Source: Euprymna scolopes | Lineage: Eukaryota | Length of the DNA stretch: 64,000 nucleotides | Assembly (NCBI GenBank): GCA_053919585.1 | Contig: CM132787.1 | Reading direction: 5' to 3' (one strand) | In this document: positions 51,601 through 64,000 of the stretch, in pieces | Position numbering within the stretch: the stretch's first letter is position 1 | Layout: the number at the start of each line of letters is the position of its first letter | Notes under the pieces: model-generated | The model's database searches: none | Seen by the model: the letters and a program-made list of their open reading frames with translations, nothing else | What the model was told of the DNA's origin: nothing | Translations under genes and position numbers: made by a program

Positions 51601-54600
51601 AAAGCTTTAATTAATTAAGTCTATGTAAAGGATTTTTTTGTGAAAGCTTTAATTAATTAAGTCTATGTAAAGGATTTTTTTATGAAAGCTTTAATTAATT
51701 AAGTCTATGTAAAGGATTTTTTTATGAAAGCTTTAATTAATTAAGTCTATGTAAAGGATTTTTTTGTGAAAGCTTTAATTAATTAAGTCTATGTAAAGGA
51801 TTTTTTTGTGAAAGCTTTAATTAATTAAGTCTATGTAAAGGATTTTTTTATGAAAGCTTTAATTAATTAAGTCTATGTAAAGGATTTTTTTATGAAAGCT
51901 TTAATTGATTAGGTCTATGTAAAGGATTTTTTTATGAAAGCTTTAATTAATTAAGTCTATGTAAAGGATGTTTTTATGAAAGCTTTAATTAATTAAGTCT
52001 ATGTAAAGGATTTTTTTATGAAAGCTTTAATTAATTAAGTCTATCTAAAGGATTTTTTTATGAAAGCTTTAATTAATTAAGTCTATGTAAAGGATTTTTT
52101 TATGAAAGCTTTAATTAATTAAGTCTATGTAAAGGATGTTTTTATGAAAGCTTTAATTAATTAAGTCTATCTAAAGGATTTTTTTATGAAAGCTTTAATT
52201 AATTAAGTCTATGTAAAGGATTTTTTTATGAAAGCTTTAATTAATTAAGTCTATGCAAAGGATGTTTTTATGAAAGCTTTAATTAATTAAGTCTATGTAA
52301 AGGATTTTTTTATGAAAGCTTTAATTAATTAGGTCTGTGTAAAGGATTTTTTTGTGAAAGCTTTAATTAATTAAGTCTATGTAAAGGATTTTTTTATGAA
52401 AGCTTTAATTAATTAGGTGTATGTAAAGGATTTTTTTATGAAAGCTTTAATTAATTAAGTCTATGTAAAGGATTTTTTTATGAAAGCTTTAATTGATTAG
52501 GTCTATGTAAAGGATTTTTTTATGAAAGCTTTAATTAATTAAGTCTATGTAAAGGATTTTTTTATGAAAGCTTTAATTAATTAGGTCTGTGTAAAGGATT
52601 TTTTTATGAAAGCTTTAATTAATTAAGTCTATGTAAAGGATTTTTTTATGAAAGCTTTAATTAATTAAGTCTATGTAAAGGATTTTTTTGTGAAAGCTTT
52701 AATTAATTAAGTCTATGTAAAGGATTTTTATGAAAGCTTTAATTAATTAAGTCTATGTAAAGGATTTTTTTATGAAGGCTTTAATTAATTAAGTCTATGT
52801 AAAGGATTTTTTTATGAAAGCTTTAATTAATTAAGTCTATGTAAAGGATTTTTTTATGAAAGCTTTAATTAATTAAGTCTATGTAAAGGATTTTTTTATG
52901 AAAGCTTTAATTGATTAGGTCTATGTAAAGGATTTTTTTATGAAAGCTTTACTTAATTAGGTCTGTGTAAAGGATTTTTTTGTGAAAGCTTTAATTAATT
53001 AAGTCTATGTAAAGGATTTTTTTATGAAAGCTTTAATTAATTAGGTGTATGTAAAGGATTTTTTATGAAAGCTTTAATTAATTAAGTCTATGTAAAGGAT
53101 TTTTTTATGAAAGCTTTAATTAATTAAGTCTATGTAAAGGATTTTTTTATGAAAGCTTTAATTAATTAAGTCTATGTAAAGTATTTTTTTATGAAAGCTT
53201 TAATTAATTAAGTCTATGTAAAGGATTTTTTTATGAAAGCTTTAATTAATTAGGTCTATGTAAAGGATTTTTTTATGAAAGCTTTAATTAATTAAGTCTA
53301 TGTAAAGGATTTTTATGAAAGCTTTAATTAATTAGGTCTGTGTAAAGGATTTTTATGAAAGCTTTAATTAATTAAGTCTATGTAAAGGATTTTTTTATGA
53401 AAGCTTTAATTAATTAAGTCTATGTAAAGGATTTTTTTATGAAAGCTTTAATTAATTAAGTCTATGTAAAGGATTTTTTTATGAAAGCTTTAATTAATTA
53501 AGTCTATGTAAAGGATTTTTTTATGAAAGCTTTAATTAATTAGGTCTATGTAAAGAGTTTTTTTATGAAAGCTTTAATTAATTAGGTGTATGTAAAGGAT
53601 TTTTTTATGAAAGCTTTAATTAATTAAGTCTATGTAAAGGATTTTTTTATGAAAGCTTTAATTAATTAAGTCTATGTAAAGGATTTTTTTATGAAAGCTT
53701 TAATTAATTAAGTCTATGTAAAGGATTTTTTTATGAAAGCTTTAATTAATTAAGTCTATGTAAAGGATTTTTTTATGAAAGCTTTAATTAATTAAGTCTA
53801 TGTAAAGGATTTTTTTATGAAAGCTTTAATTAATTAGGTCTATGTAAAGGATGTTTTTATGAAAGCTTTAATTTATTAGGTCTATGTAAAGGATGTTTTT
53901 ATGAAAGCTTTAATTAATTAGGTCTATGTAAAGGATTTTTTTATGAAAGCTTTAATTAATTAGGTCTATGTAAAGGATTTTTTTATGAAAGCTTTAATTA
54001 ATTAAGTCTATGTAAAGGATGTTTTTATGAAAGCTTTAATTAATTAAGTCTATGTAAAGGATTTTTTTATGAAAGCTTTAATTAATTAAGTCTATGTAAA
54101 GGATTTTTTTGTGAAAGCTTTAATTAATTAAGTCTATGTAAAGGATGTTTTTATGAAAGCTTTAATTAATTAGGTCTATGTACAGGATGTTTTTATGAAA
54201 GCTTTAATTAATTAGGTGTATGTAAAGGATTTTTTATGAAAGCTTTAATTAATTAAGTCTATGTAAAGGATTTGTTTATGAAAGCTTTAATTAATTAGGT
54301 CTATGTAAAGGATTTTTTTGTGAAAGCTTTAATTGATTAGGTCTATGTAAAGGATGTTTTTATGAAAGCTTTAATTAATTAGGTCTATGTAAAGGATTTT
54401 TTTATGAAAGCTTTAATTAATTAAGTCTATGTAAAGGATTTTTTTATGAAAGCTTTTATTAATTAGGTCTATGTAAAGGATTTTTTATGAAAGCTTTAAT
54501 TAATTAGGTGTATGTAAAGGATTTTTTTATGAAAGCTTTAATTAATTAAGTCTATGTAAAGGATTTGTTTATGAAAGCTTTAATTAATTAGGTCTATGTA

Positions 54601-57600
54601 AAGGATTTTTTTGTGAAAGCTTTAATTGATTAGGTCTATGTAAAGGGTTTTTTTATGAAAGCTTTAATTAATTAGGTCTATGTAAAGGATTTTTTATGAA
54701 AGCTTTAATTAATTAAGTCTATGTAAAGGATTTTTTTATGAAAGCTTTAATTAATTAAGTCTATGTAAAGGATTTTTTTATGAAAGCTTTAATTAATTAG
54801 GTCTATGTACAGGATTTTTTATGAAAGCTTTAATTAATTAGGTCTATGTAAAGGATTTTTTATGAAAGCTTTCATTAATTAGGTCTATGTAAAGGATTTT
54901 TTTATGAAAGCTTTAATTAATTAGGTGTATGTAAAGGATTTTTTGTGAAAGCTTTAATTAATTAGGTCTATGTAAAGGATTTTTTGTGAAAGCTTTAATT
55001 AATTAGGTCTATGTAAAGGATTTTTTTATGAAAGCTTTAATTAATTAGGTGTATGTAAAGGATTTTTTATGAAAGCTTTAATTAATTAGGTCTATGTAAA
55101 GGATTTTTTTATGAAAGCTTTAATTAATTCGGTGTATGTAAAGGATTTTTTTATGAAAGCTTTAATTAATTAGGTCTATGTAAAGGATGTTTTTATGAAA
55201 GCTTTAATTAATTAGGTGTATGTAAAGGATTTTTTTATGAAAGCTTTAATTAATTAGGTCTATGTAAAGGATGTTTTTATGAAAGCTTTAATTAATTAGG
55301 TGTATGTAAAGGATTTTTTATGAAAGCTTTAATTAATTAGGTCTATGTAAAGGATGTTTTTATGAAAGCTTTAATTAATTAGGTGTATGTAAAGGATTTT
55401 TTATGAAAGCTTTAATTAATTAGGTGTATGTAAAGGATTTTTTTATGAAAGCTTTAATTAATTAGGTCTATGTAAAGGATGTTTTTATGAAAGCTTTAAT
55501 TAATTAGGTCTGTGTAAAGGATTTTTTTATGAAAGCTTTAATTAATTAAGTCTATGTAAAGGATTTTTATGAAAGCTTTAATTAATTAAGTCTATGTAAA
55601 GGATTTTTTTTATGAAAGCTTTAATTAATTAAGTCTATGTAAAGGATTTTTTTATGAAAGCTTTAATTAATTAAGTCTATGTAAAGGATTTTTTTATGAA
55701 AGCTTTAATTAATTAGGTGTATGTAAAGGATTTTTTTATGAAAGCTTTAATTAATTAAGTCTATGTAAAGGATTTTTTTATGAAAGCTTTAATTAATTAA
55801 GTCTATGTAAAGGATGTTTTTATGAAAGCTTTAATTAATTAGGTGTATGTAAAGGATTTTTTTATGAAAGCTTTAATTAATTAAGTCTATGTAAAGGATT
55901 TTTTTATGAAAGCTTTAATTAATTAAGTCTATGTAAAGGATTTTTATGAAAGCTTTAATTAATTAAGTCTATGTAAAGGATTTTTTTTATGAAAGCTTTA
56001 ATTAATTAAGTCTATGTAAAGGATTTTTTTATGAAAGCTTTAATTAATTAAGTCTATGTAAAGGATTTTTTTATGAAAGCTTTAATTAATTAAGTCTATG
56101 TAAAGGATTTTTTTATGAAAGCTTTAATTAATTAAGTCTATGTAAAGGATTTTTATGAAAGCTTTAATTAATTAAGTCTATGTAAAGGATTATTATGAAA
56201 GCTTTAATTAATTAAGTCTATGTAAAGGATTTTTTTATGAAAGCTTTAATTAATTAAGTCTATGTAAAGGATTTTTTTATGAAAGCTTTAATTAATTAAG
56301 TCTATGTAAAGGATTTTTTTATGAAAGCTTTAATTAATTAAGTCTATGTAAAGGATTTTTATGAAAGCTTTAATTAATTAGGTCTATGTAAAGGATTTTT
56401 TTATGAAAGCTTTAATTAATTAAGTCTATGTAAAGGATTTTTTTATGAAAGCTTTAATAAATTAGGTCTATGTAAAGGATTTTTTTATGAAAGCTTTAAT
56501 TAATTAAGTCTATGTAAAGGATGTTTTTATGAAAGCTTTAATTAATTAGGTCTATGTAAAGGATTTTTATGAAAGCTTTAATTAATTAAGTCTATGTAAA
56601 GGATTTTTTATGAAAGCTTTAATTAATTAAGTCTATGTAAAGGATTTTTTTATGAAAGCTTTAATTAATTAGGTCTATGTAAAGGATTTTTATGAAAGCT
56701 TTAATTAATTAAGTCTATGTAAAGGATTTTTTTATGAAAGCTTTAATTAATTAGGTCTGTGTAAAGGATTTTTTTATGAAAGCTTTAATTAATTAAGTCT
56801 ATGTAAAGGATGTTTTTATGAAAGCTTTAATTAATTAAGTCTATGTAAAGGATTTTTTTATGAAAGCTTTAATTGATAAAGTCTGTGTAAAGGATTTTTT
56901 TATGAAAGCTTTAATTAATTAGGTCTGTGTAAAGGATTTTTTTGTGAAAGCTTTAATTAATTAAGTCTATGTAAAGGATTTTTTTATGAAAGCTTTAATT
57001 AATTAAGTCTATGTAAAGGATTTTCTTATGAAAGCTTTAATTAATTAAGTCTATGTAAAGGATTTTTTTATGAAAGCTTTAATTAATTAAGTCTATGTAA
57101 AGGATTTTTTTATGAAAGCTTTAATTAATTAGGTCTATGTAAAGAGTTTTTTTATGAAAGCTTTAATTAATTAGGTGTATGTAAAGGATTTTTTTATGAA
57201 AGCTTTAATTAATTAAGTCTATGTAAAGGATTTTTTTATGAAAGCTTTAATTAATTAAGTCTATGTAAAGGATTTTTTTATGAAAGCTTTAATTAATTAA
57301 GTCTATGTAAAGGATTTTTTTATGAAAGCTTTAATTAATTAAGTCTATGTAAAGGATTTTTTTATGAAAGCTTTAATTAATTAAGTCTATGTAAAGGATT
57401 TTTTTATGAAAGCTTTAATTAATTAAGTCTATGTAAAGGATTTTTTATGAAAGCTTTAATTAATTAAGTCTATGTAAAGGATTTTTATGAAAGCTTTAAT
57501 TAATTAAGTCTATGTAAAGGATTTTTTTATGAAAGCTTTAATTAATTAGGTCTATGTAAAGAGTTTTTTTATGAAAGCTTTAATTAATTAGGTGTATGTA

Positions 57601-60600
57601 AAGGATTTTTTTGTGAAAGCTTTAATTAATTGAGTCTATGTAAAGGATTTTTTTATAAAAGCTTTAATAAATAAGGTCTATATAAAGGATTTTTATGAAA
57701 GCTTTAATTGATTAGGTCTGTGTAAAGGATTTTTTTTTGAAAGCTTTAATTAATTAGGTCTGTGTAAAGGATTTTTTTATGAAAGCTTTAATTAATTAGG
57801 TCTGTGTAAAGGATGTTTTTATGAAAGCTTTAATTAATTAGATCTATGTAAAGGATTTTTTTATGAAAGCTTTTATTAATAAGGTCTATGTAAAGGATTT
57901 TTTTGTGAAAGCTTTAATTAATTAAGTCTATGTAAAGGATGTTTTTATGAAAGCTTTAATTAATTAGGTGTATGTAAAGGATGTTTTTATGAAAGCTTTA
58001 ATTAATTAGGTCTATGTAAAGGATTTTTTATGAAATCTTTAATTAATTAGGTCTATGTAAAGGATGTTTTTATGAAAGCTTTAATTAATTAGGTCTATGT
58101 TAAGGATGTTTTTATGAAAGCTTTAATTAATTAAGTCTATGTAAAGGATGTTTTTATGAAAGGTTTAATTAATTAGGTCTATGTAAAGGATTTTTTTATG
58201 AAAGCTTTAATTAATAAGATCTATGTAAAGGATTTTTTTATGAAAGCTTTAATTAATTAAGTCTATGTAAAGGATTTTTTTATGAAAGCTTTAATTAATT
58301 AGGTCTATGTAAAGGATGTTTTTATGAAAGCTTTAATTAATTAGGTGTATGTAAAGGATTTTTTATGAAAGCTTTAATTTATTTGGTCTATGTAAAGGAT
58401 GTTTTTATGAAAGCTTTAATTAATTAGGTCTATGTAAAGGATGTTTTTATGAAAGCTTTAATTAATTAGGTGTATGTAAAGGATTTTTTATGAAAGCTTT
58501 AATTAATTAAGTCTATGTAAAGGATTTGTTTATGAAAGCTTTAATTAATTAGGTCTATGTAAAGGATTTTTTTGTGAAAGCTTTAATTGATTAGGTCTCT
58601 GTAAAGGATGTTTTTATGAAAGCTTTAATTAATTAGGTCTATGTAAAGGATGTTTTTATGAAAGCTTTAATTAATTAAGTCTATGTAAAGGATTTTTTTA
58701 TGAAAGCTTTAATTAATTAGGTCTATGTAAAGGATTTTTTATGAAAGCTTTAATTAATTAGGTGTATGTAAAGGATTTTTTTATGAAAGCTTTAATTAAT
58801 TAAGTCTATGTAAAGGATGTGTTTATGAAAGCTTTAATTAATTAGGTCTATGTAAAGGATTTTTTTGTGAAAGCTTTAATTGATTAGGTCTATGTAAAGG
58901 ATTTTTTTATGAAAGCTTTAATTAATTAGGTCTATGTACAGGATTTTTTATGAAAGCTTTAATTAATTAAGTCTATGTAAAGGATTTTTTTATGAAAGCT
59001 TTAATTAATTAGGTCTATGTAAAGGATTTTTTTATGAAAGCTTTAATTAATTAGGTGTATGTAAAGGATTTTTTATGAAAGCTTTAATTAATTAGGTGTA
59101 TGTAAAGGATTTTTTTATGAAAGCTTTAATTAATTAGGTCTGTGTAAAGGATTTTTTTATGAAAGCTTTAATTAATTAGGTCTGTGTAAAGGATGTTTTT
59201 ATGAAAGCTTTAATTAATTAGATCTATGTAAAGGATTTTTTTATAAAAGATTTAATAAATTAGGTCTATGTAAAGGATTTTTATGAAAGCTTTAATTAAT
59301 TAGGTCTGTGTAAAGGATTTTTTTATGAAAGCTTTAATAAATTAGGTCTATGTAAAGGATTTTTTTATGAAAGCTTTAATTAATTAGGTCTGTGTAAAGG
59401 ATGTTTTTATGAAAGCTTTAATTGATTAGGTCTATGTAAAGAATTTTTTTATGAAAGCTTTAATTAATTAAGTCTATGTAAAGGATTTTTTATGAAAGCT
59501 TTAATTAATAAGGTCTATGTAAAGGATTCTTTTGTGAAAGCTTTAATTAATTAGGTCTATGTAAAGGATTTTTTTGTGAAAGCTTTAATTAATAAAGTCT
59601 ATGTAAAGGATGTTTTTATGAAAGCTTTAATTAATTAGGTGTATGTAAAGGATGTTTTTATGAAAGCTTTAATTAATTAGGTCTATGTAAAGGATTTTTT
59701 ATGAAAGCTTTAATTAATTAGGTCTATGTAAAGGATGTTTTTATGAAAGCTTTAATTAATTAGGTCTATGTTAAGGATGTTTTTATGAAAGCTTTAATTA
59801 ATTAGGTCTATGTAAAGGATGTTTTTATGAAAGCTTTAATTAATTAGGTCTATGTAAAGGATTTTTTATGAAAGCTTTAATTAATAAGGTCTATGTAAAG
59901 GATTTTTTTATGAAAGCTTTAATTAATTAAGTCTATGTAAAGGATGTTTTTATGAAAGCTTTAATTAATTAGGTCTATGTAAAGGATGTTTTTATGAAAG
60001 CTTTAATTAATTAGGTGTATGTAAAGGATTTTTTTATGAAAGCTTTAATTAATTAGGTCTATGTAAAGGATGTTTTTATGAAAGCTTTAATTAATTAGGT
60101 CTATGTAAAGGATGTTTTTATGAAAGCTTTAATTAATTAGGTGTATGTAAAGGATTTTTTATGAAAGCTTTAATTAATTAAGTCTATGTAAAGGATGTGT
60201 TTATGAAAGCTTTAATTAATTAGGTCTATATAAAGGATTTTTTTGTGAAAGCTTTAATTGATTAGGTCTATGTAAAGGATGTTTTTATGAAAGCTTTAAT
60301 TAATTAGGTCTATGTAAAGGATTTTTTTATGAAAGCTTTAATTAATTAAGTCTATGTAAAGGATTTTTTTATGAAAGCTTTAATTAATTAGGTCTATGTA
60401 AAGGATTTTTTATGAAAGCTTTAATTAATTAGGTGTATGTAAAGGATTTTTTTATGAAAGCTTTAATTAATTAAGTCTATGTAAAAGATTTGTTTATGAA
60501 AGCTTTAATTAATTAGGTCTATGTAAAGGATTTTTTTGTGAAAGCTTTAATTGATTAGGTCTATGTAAAGGATTTTTTTATGAAAGCTTTAATTAATTAG

Positions 60601-63600
60601 GTCTATGTAAAGGATTTTTTATGAAAGCTTTAATTAATTAAGTCTATGTAAAGGATTTTTTTATGAAAGCTTTAATTAACTAAGTCTATGTAAAGGATTT
60701 TTTTATGAAAGCTTTAATTAATTAGGTGTATGTAAAGGCTTTTTTTATGAAAGCTTTAATTAATTAGGTCTATGTAAAGGATGTTTTTATGAAAGCTGTA
60801 ATTAATTAAGTCTATGTAAAGGATTTTTTTATGAAAGCTTTAATTAATTAGGTCTATGTAAAGGATTTTTTTATGAAAGCTTTAATTAATTAAGTCTATG
60901 TAAAAGATTTGTTTATGAAAGCTTTAATTTATTAGGTCTATGTAAAGGATTTTTTTATGAAAGCTTTAATTAATTAGGTCTATGTAAAGGATGTTTTTAT
61001 GAAAGCTTTAATTAATTAAGTCTATGTAAAGGATTTTTTTATGAAAGCTTTAATTAATTAAGTCTATGTAAAGGATTTTTTTGTGAAAGCTTTAATAAAT
61101 TAGGTCTATGTAAAGGATTTTTTTATGAAAGCTTTAATTAATTAAGTCTATGTAAAGGATTTTTTTATGAAAGCTTTAATTAATTAAGTCTATGTAAAGG
61201 ATTTTTTTATGAAAGCTTTAATTAATTAGGTCTATGTAAAGGATTTTTTTATGAAAGCTTTAATTAATTAGGTGTATGTAAAGGATTTTTTTATGAAAGC
61301 TTTAATTAATTAAGTCTATGTAAAGGATTTTTTTGTGAAAGCTTTAATTAATTAAGTCTATGTAAAGGATTTCTTTATGAAAGCTTTAATTAATTAGGTC
61401 TATGTAAAGGATTTTTTTATGAAAGCTTTAATTAATTAGGTGTATGTAAAGGATTTTTTTATGAAAGCTTTAATTAATTAAGTCTATGTAAAGGATTTTT
61501 TTGTGAAAGCTTTAATTAATTAAGTCTATGTAAAGGATTTCTTTATGAAAGCTTTAATTAATTAGGTCTATGTAAAGGATTTTTTTATGAAAGCTTTAAT
61601 TAATTAGGTCTATGTAAAGGATTTTTTTATGAAAGCTTTAATTAATTAGGTGTATGTAAAGGATTTTTTTATGAAAGCTTTAATTAATTAGGTGTATGTA
61701 AAGGATTTTTTTATGAAAGCTTTAATTAATTAAGTCTATGTAAAGGATTTTTTTGTGAAAGCTTTAATTAATTAAGTCTATGTAAAGGATTTCTTTATGA
61801 AAGCTTTAATTAATTAGGTCTATGTAAAGGATTTTTTTATGAAAGCTTTAATTAATTAGGTGTATGTAAAGGATTTTTTTATGAAAGCTTTAATTAATTA
61901 AGTCTATGTAAAGGATTTTTTTGTGAAAGCTTTAATTAATTAAGTCTATGTAAAGGATTTCTTTATGAAAGCTTTAATTAATTAGGTCTATGTAAAGGAT
62001 TTTTTTATGAAAGCTTTAATTAATTAGGTCTATGTAAAGGATTTTTTTATGAAAGCTTTAATTAATTAGGTCTATGTAAAGGATTTTTTTGTGAAAGCTT
62101 TAATAAATTAGGTCTATGTAAAGTATTTCTTGTGAAAGCTTTAATTAATTAGGTCTGTGTAAAGGATTTTTTTATGAAAGCTTTAATTAATTAGGTCTAT
62201 GTAAAGGATTTTTTTATGAAAGCTTTAATTAATTAGGTCTATGTAAAGGATGTTTTTATGAAAGCTTTAATTAATTAGGTCTATGTAAAGGATTTTTTTA
62301 TGAAAGCTTTAATTAATTAGGTCTATGTAAAGGATTTTTTTGTGAAAGCTTTAATTAATTAGGTCTATGTAAAGGATGTTTTTATGAAAGCTTTAATTAA
62401 TTAGGTCTATGTAAAGGATTTTTTTATGAAAGCTTTAATTAATTAGGTCTATGTAAAGGATTTTTTTATGAAAGCTTTAATTAATTAGGTCTATGTAAAG
62501 GATTTTTTTATGAAAGCTTTAATTAATTAGGTCTATGTAAAGGATGTTTTTATGAAAGCTTTAATTAATTAGGTCTATGTAAAGGATTTTTTTATGAAAG
62601 CTTTAATTAATTAGGTCTATGTAAAGGATTTTTTATGAAAGCTTTAATTAATTAGGTCTATGTAAAGGATGTTTTTATGAAAGCTTTAATTAATTAGGTC
62701 TATGTAAAGGATTTTTTATGAAAGCTTTAATTAATAAGGTCTATGTAAAGGATTTTTTTATGAAAGCTTTAATTAATTAAGTCTATGTAAAGGATGTTTT
62801 TATGAAAGCTTTAATTAATTAGGTCTATGTAAAGGATTTTTTTATGAAAGCTTTAATTAATTAAGTCTATGTAAAGGATTTTTTTGTGAAAGCTTTAATT
62901 GATTAGGTCTATGTAAAGGATTTTTTTATGAAAGCTTTAATTAATTAGGTGTATGTAAAGGATTTTTTTATGAAAGCTTTAATTAATTAGGTCTATGTAA
63001 AGGATGTTTTTATGAAAGCTTTAATTAATTAAGTCTATGTAAAGGATTTTTTTGTGAAAGCTTTAATTGATTAGGTCTATGTAAAGGATTTTTTTATGAA
63101 AGCTTTAATTAATTAGGTCTATGTAAAGGATTTTTTATGAAAGCTTTAATTAATTAAGTCTATGTAAAGGATTTTTTTATGAAAGCTTTAATTAATTAAG
63201 TCTATGTAGAGGATTTTTTTATGAAAGCTTTAATTAATTAAGTCTATGTAAAGGATTTTTTTATGAAAGCTTTAATTGATTAGGTCTATGTAAAGGATTT
63301 TTTTATGAAAGCTTTAATTAATTAGGTCTATGTAAAGGATGTTTTTATGAAAGCTTTAATTAATTAAGTCTATGTAAAGGATTTTTTTGTGAAAGTTTTA
63401 ATAAATTAGGTCTATGTAAAGGATTTTTTTATGAAAGCTTTAATTAATTAAGTCTATGTAAAGGATTTCTTTATGAAAGCTTTAATTAATTAGGTCTATG
63501 TAAAGGATTTTTTTATGAAAGCTGTAATTAATTAGGTCTATGTAAAGGATTTTTTTGTGAAAGCTTTAATAAATTAGGTCTATGTAAAGTATTTCTTGTG

Positions 63601-64000
63601 AAAGCTTTAATTAATTAAGTCTATGTAAAGGATTTTTTTATGAAAGCTTTAATTAATTAGGTCTATGTAAAGGGTTTTTTATGAAAGCTTTAATTAATTA
63701 GGTCTATTTAAAGGATTTTTTTATGAAAGCTTTAATTAATTAGGTCTATGTAAAGGATTTTTTTGTGAAAGCTTTAATTAATTAGGTCTATGTAAAGGAT
63801 TTTTTTATGAAAGCTTTAATTAATTAGGTCTATGTAAAGTATTTCTTGTGAAAGCTTTAATTAATTAAGTCTATGTAAAGGGTTTTTTTATGAAAGCTTT
63901 AATTAATTAAGTCTATGTAAAGGATTTTTTTATGAAAGCTTTAATTAATTAGGTCTATGTAAAGGATTTTTTTATGAAAGCTTTAATTAATTAGGTCTAT
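36624..64000. repeat. 42-bp AT-rich satellite array, >27 kb, ~650 monomers, runs off the window end
   Basis: Consensus gtaaaggatttttttatgaaagctttaattaatta(g/a)gtctat; 40-43 bp through T-tract length; ~20% GC; HindIII and PacI sites in most monomers; single orientation, no insertion seen. Confidence 0.99.

Noticed and set aside
36624-64000. CRISPR array or repeat-protein CDS
   Set aside because: No unique spacers or cas genes; TAATTAATTA and T-tract indels close all frames, and the ORF track is empty here

Overview
Gene-free, AT-rich region of an animal (probably invertebrate) nuclear genome that looks heterochromatic; I cannot name the species. Bases 1-36.6 kb are a nested transposon graveyard. 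It holds at least four decayed Ty3/Gypsy remnants and one very young Gypsy-type LTR element (14025-17588; apparently identical 402-bp LTRs, GAAAA target-site duplication (TSD), rearranged interior). It also holds two CR1/L2-like LINE families (7 copies), an RTE LINE, an R4/Dong 3' tip, non-autonomous Helitrons, an Hsmar1-like mariner, other TIR elements/MITEs, microsatellites and two N gaps. Bases 36.6-64 kb are one uninterrupted 42-bp satellite (~650 monomers) with variant domains and block duplications, starting ~50 bp upstream of a Gypsy gag ATG. Top finding: a tRNA-like Pol III head followed by a type I hammerhead ribozyme (32890-33030), the architecture of the Schistosoma Sm-alpha SINE/retrozyme. 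No host gene, rRNA, intact tRNA or CRISPR array is supportable. All alignments were made by eye.
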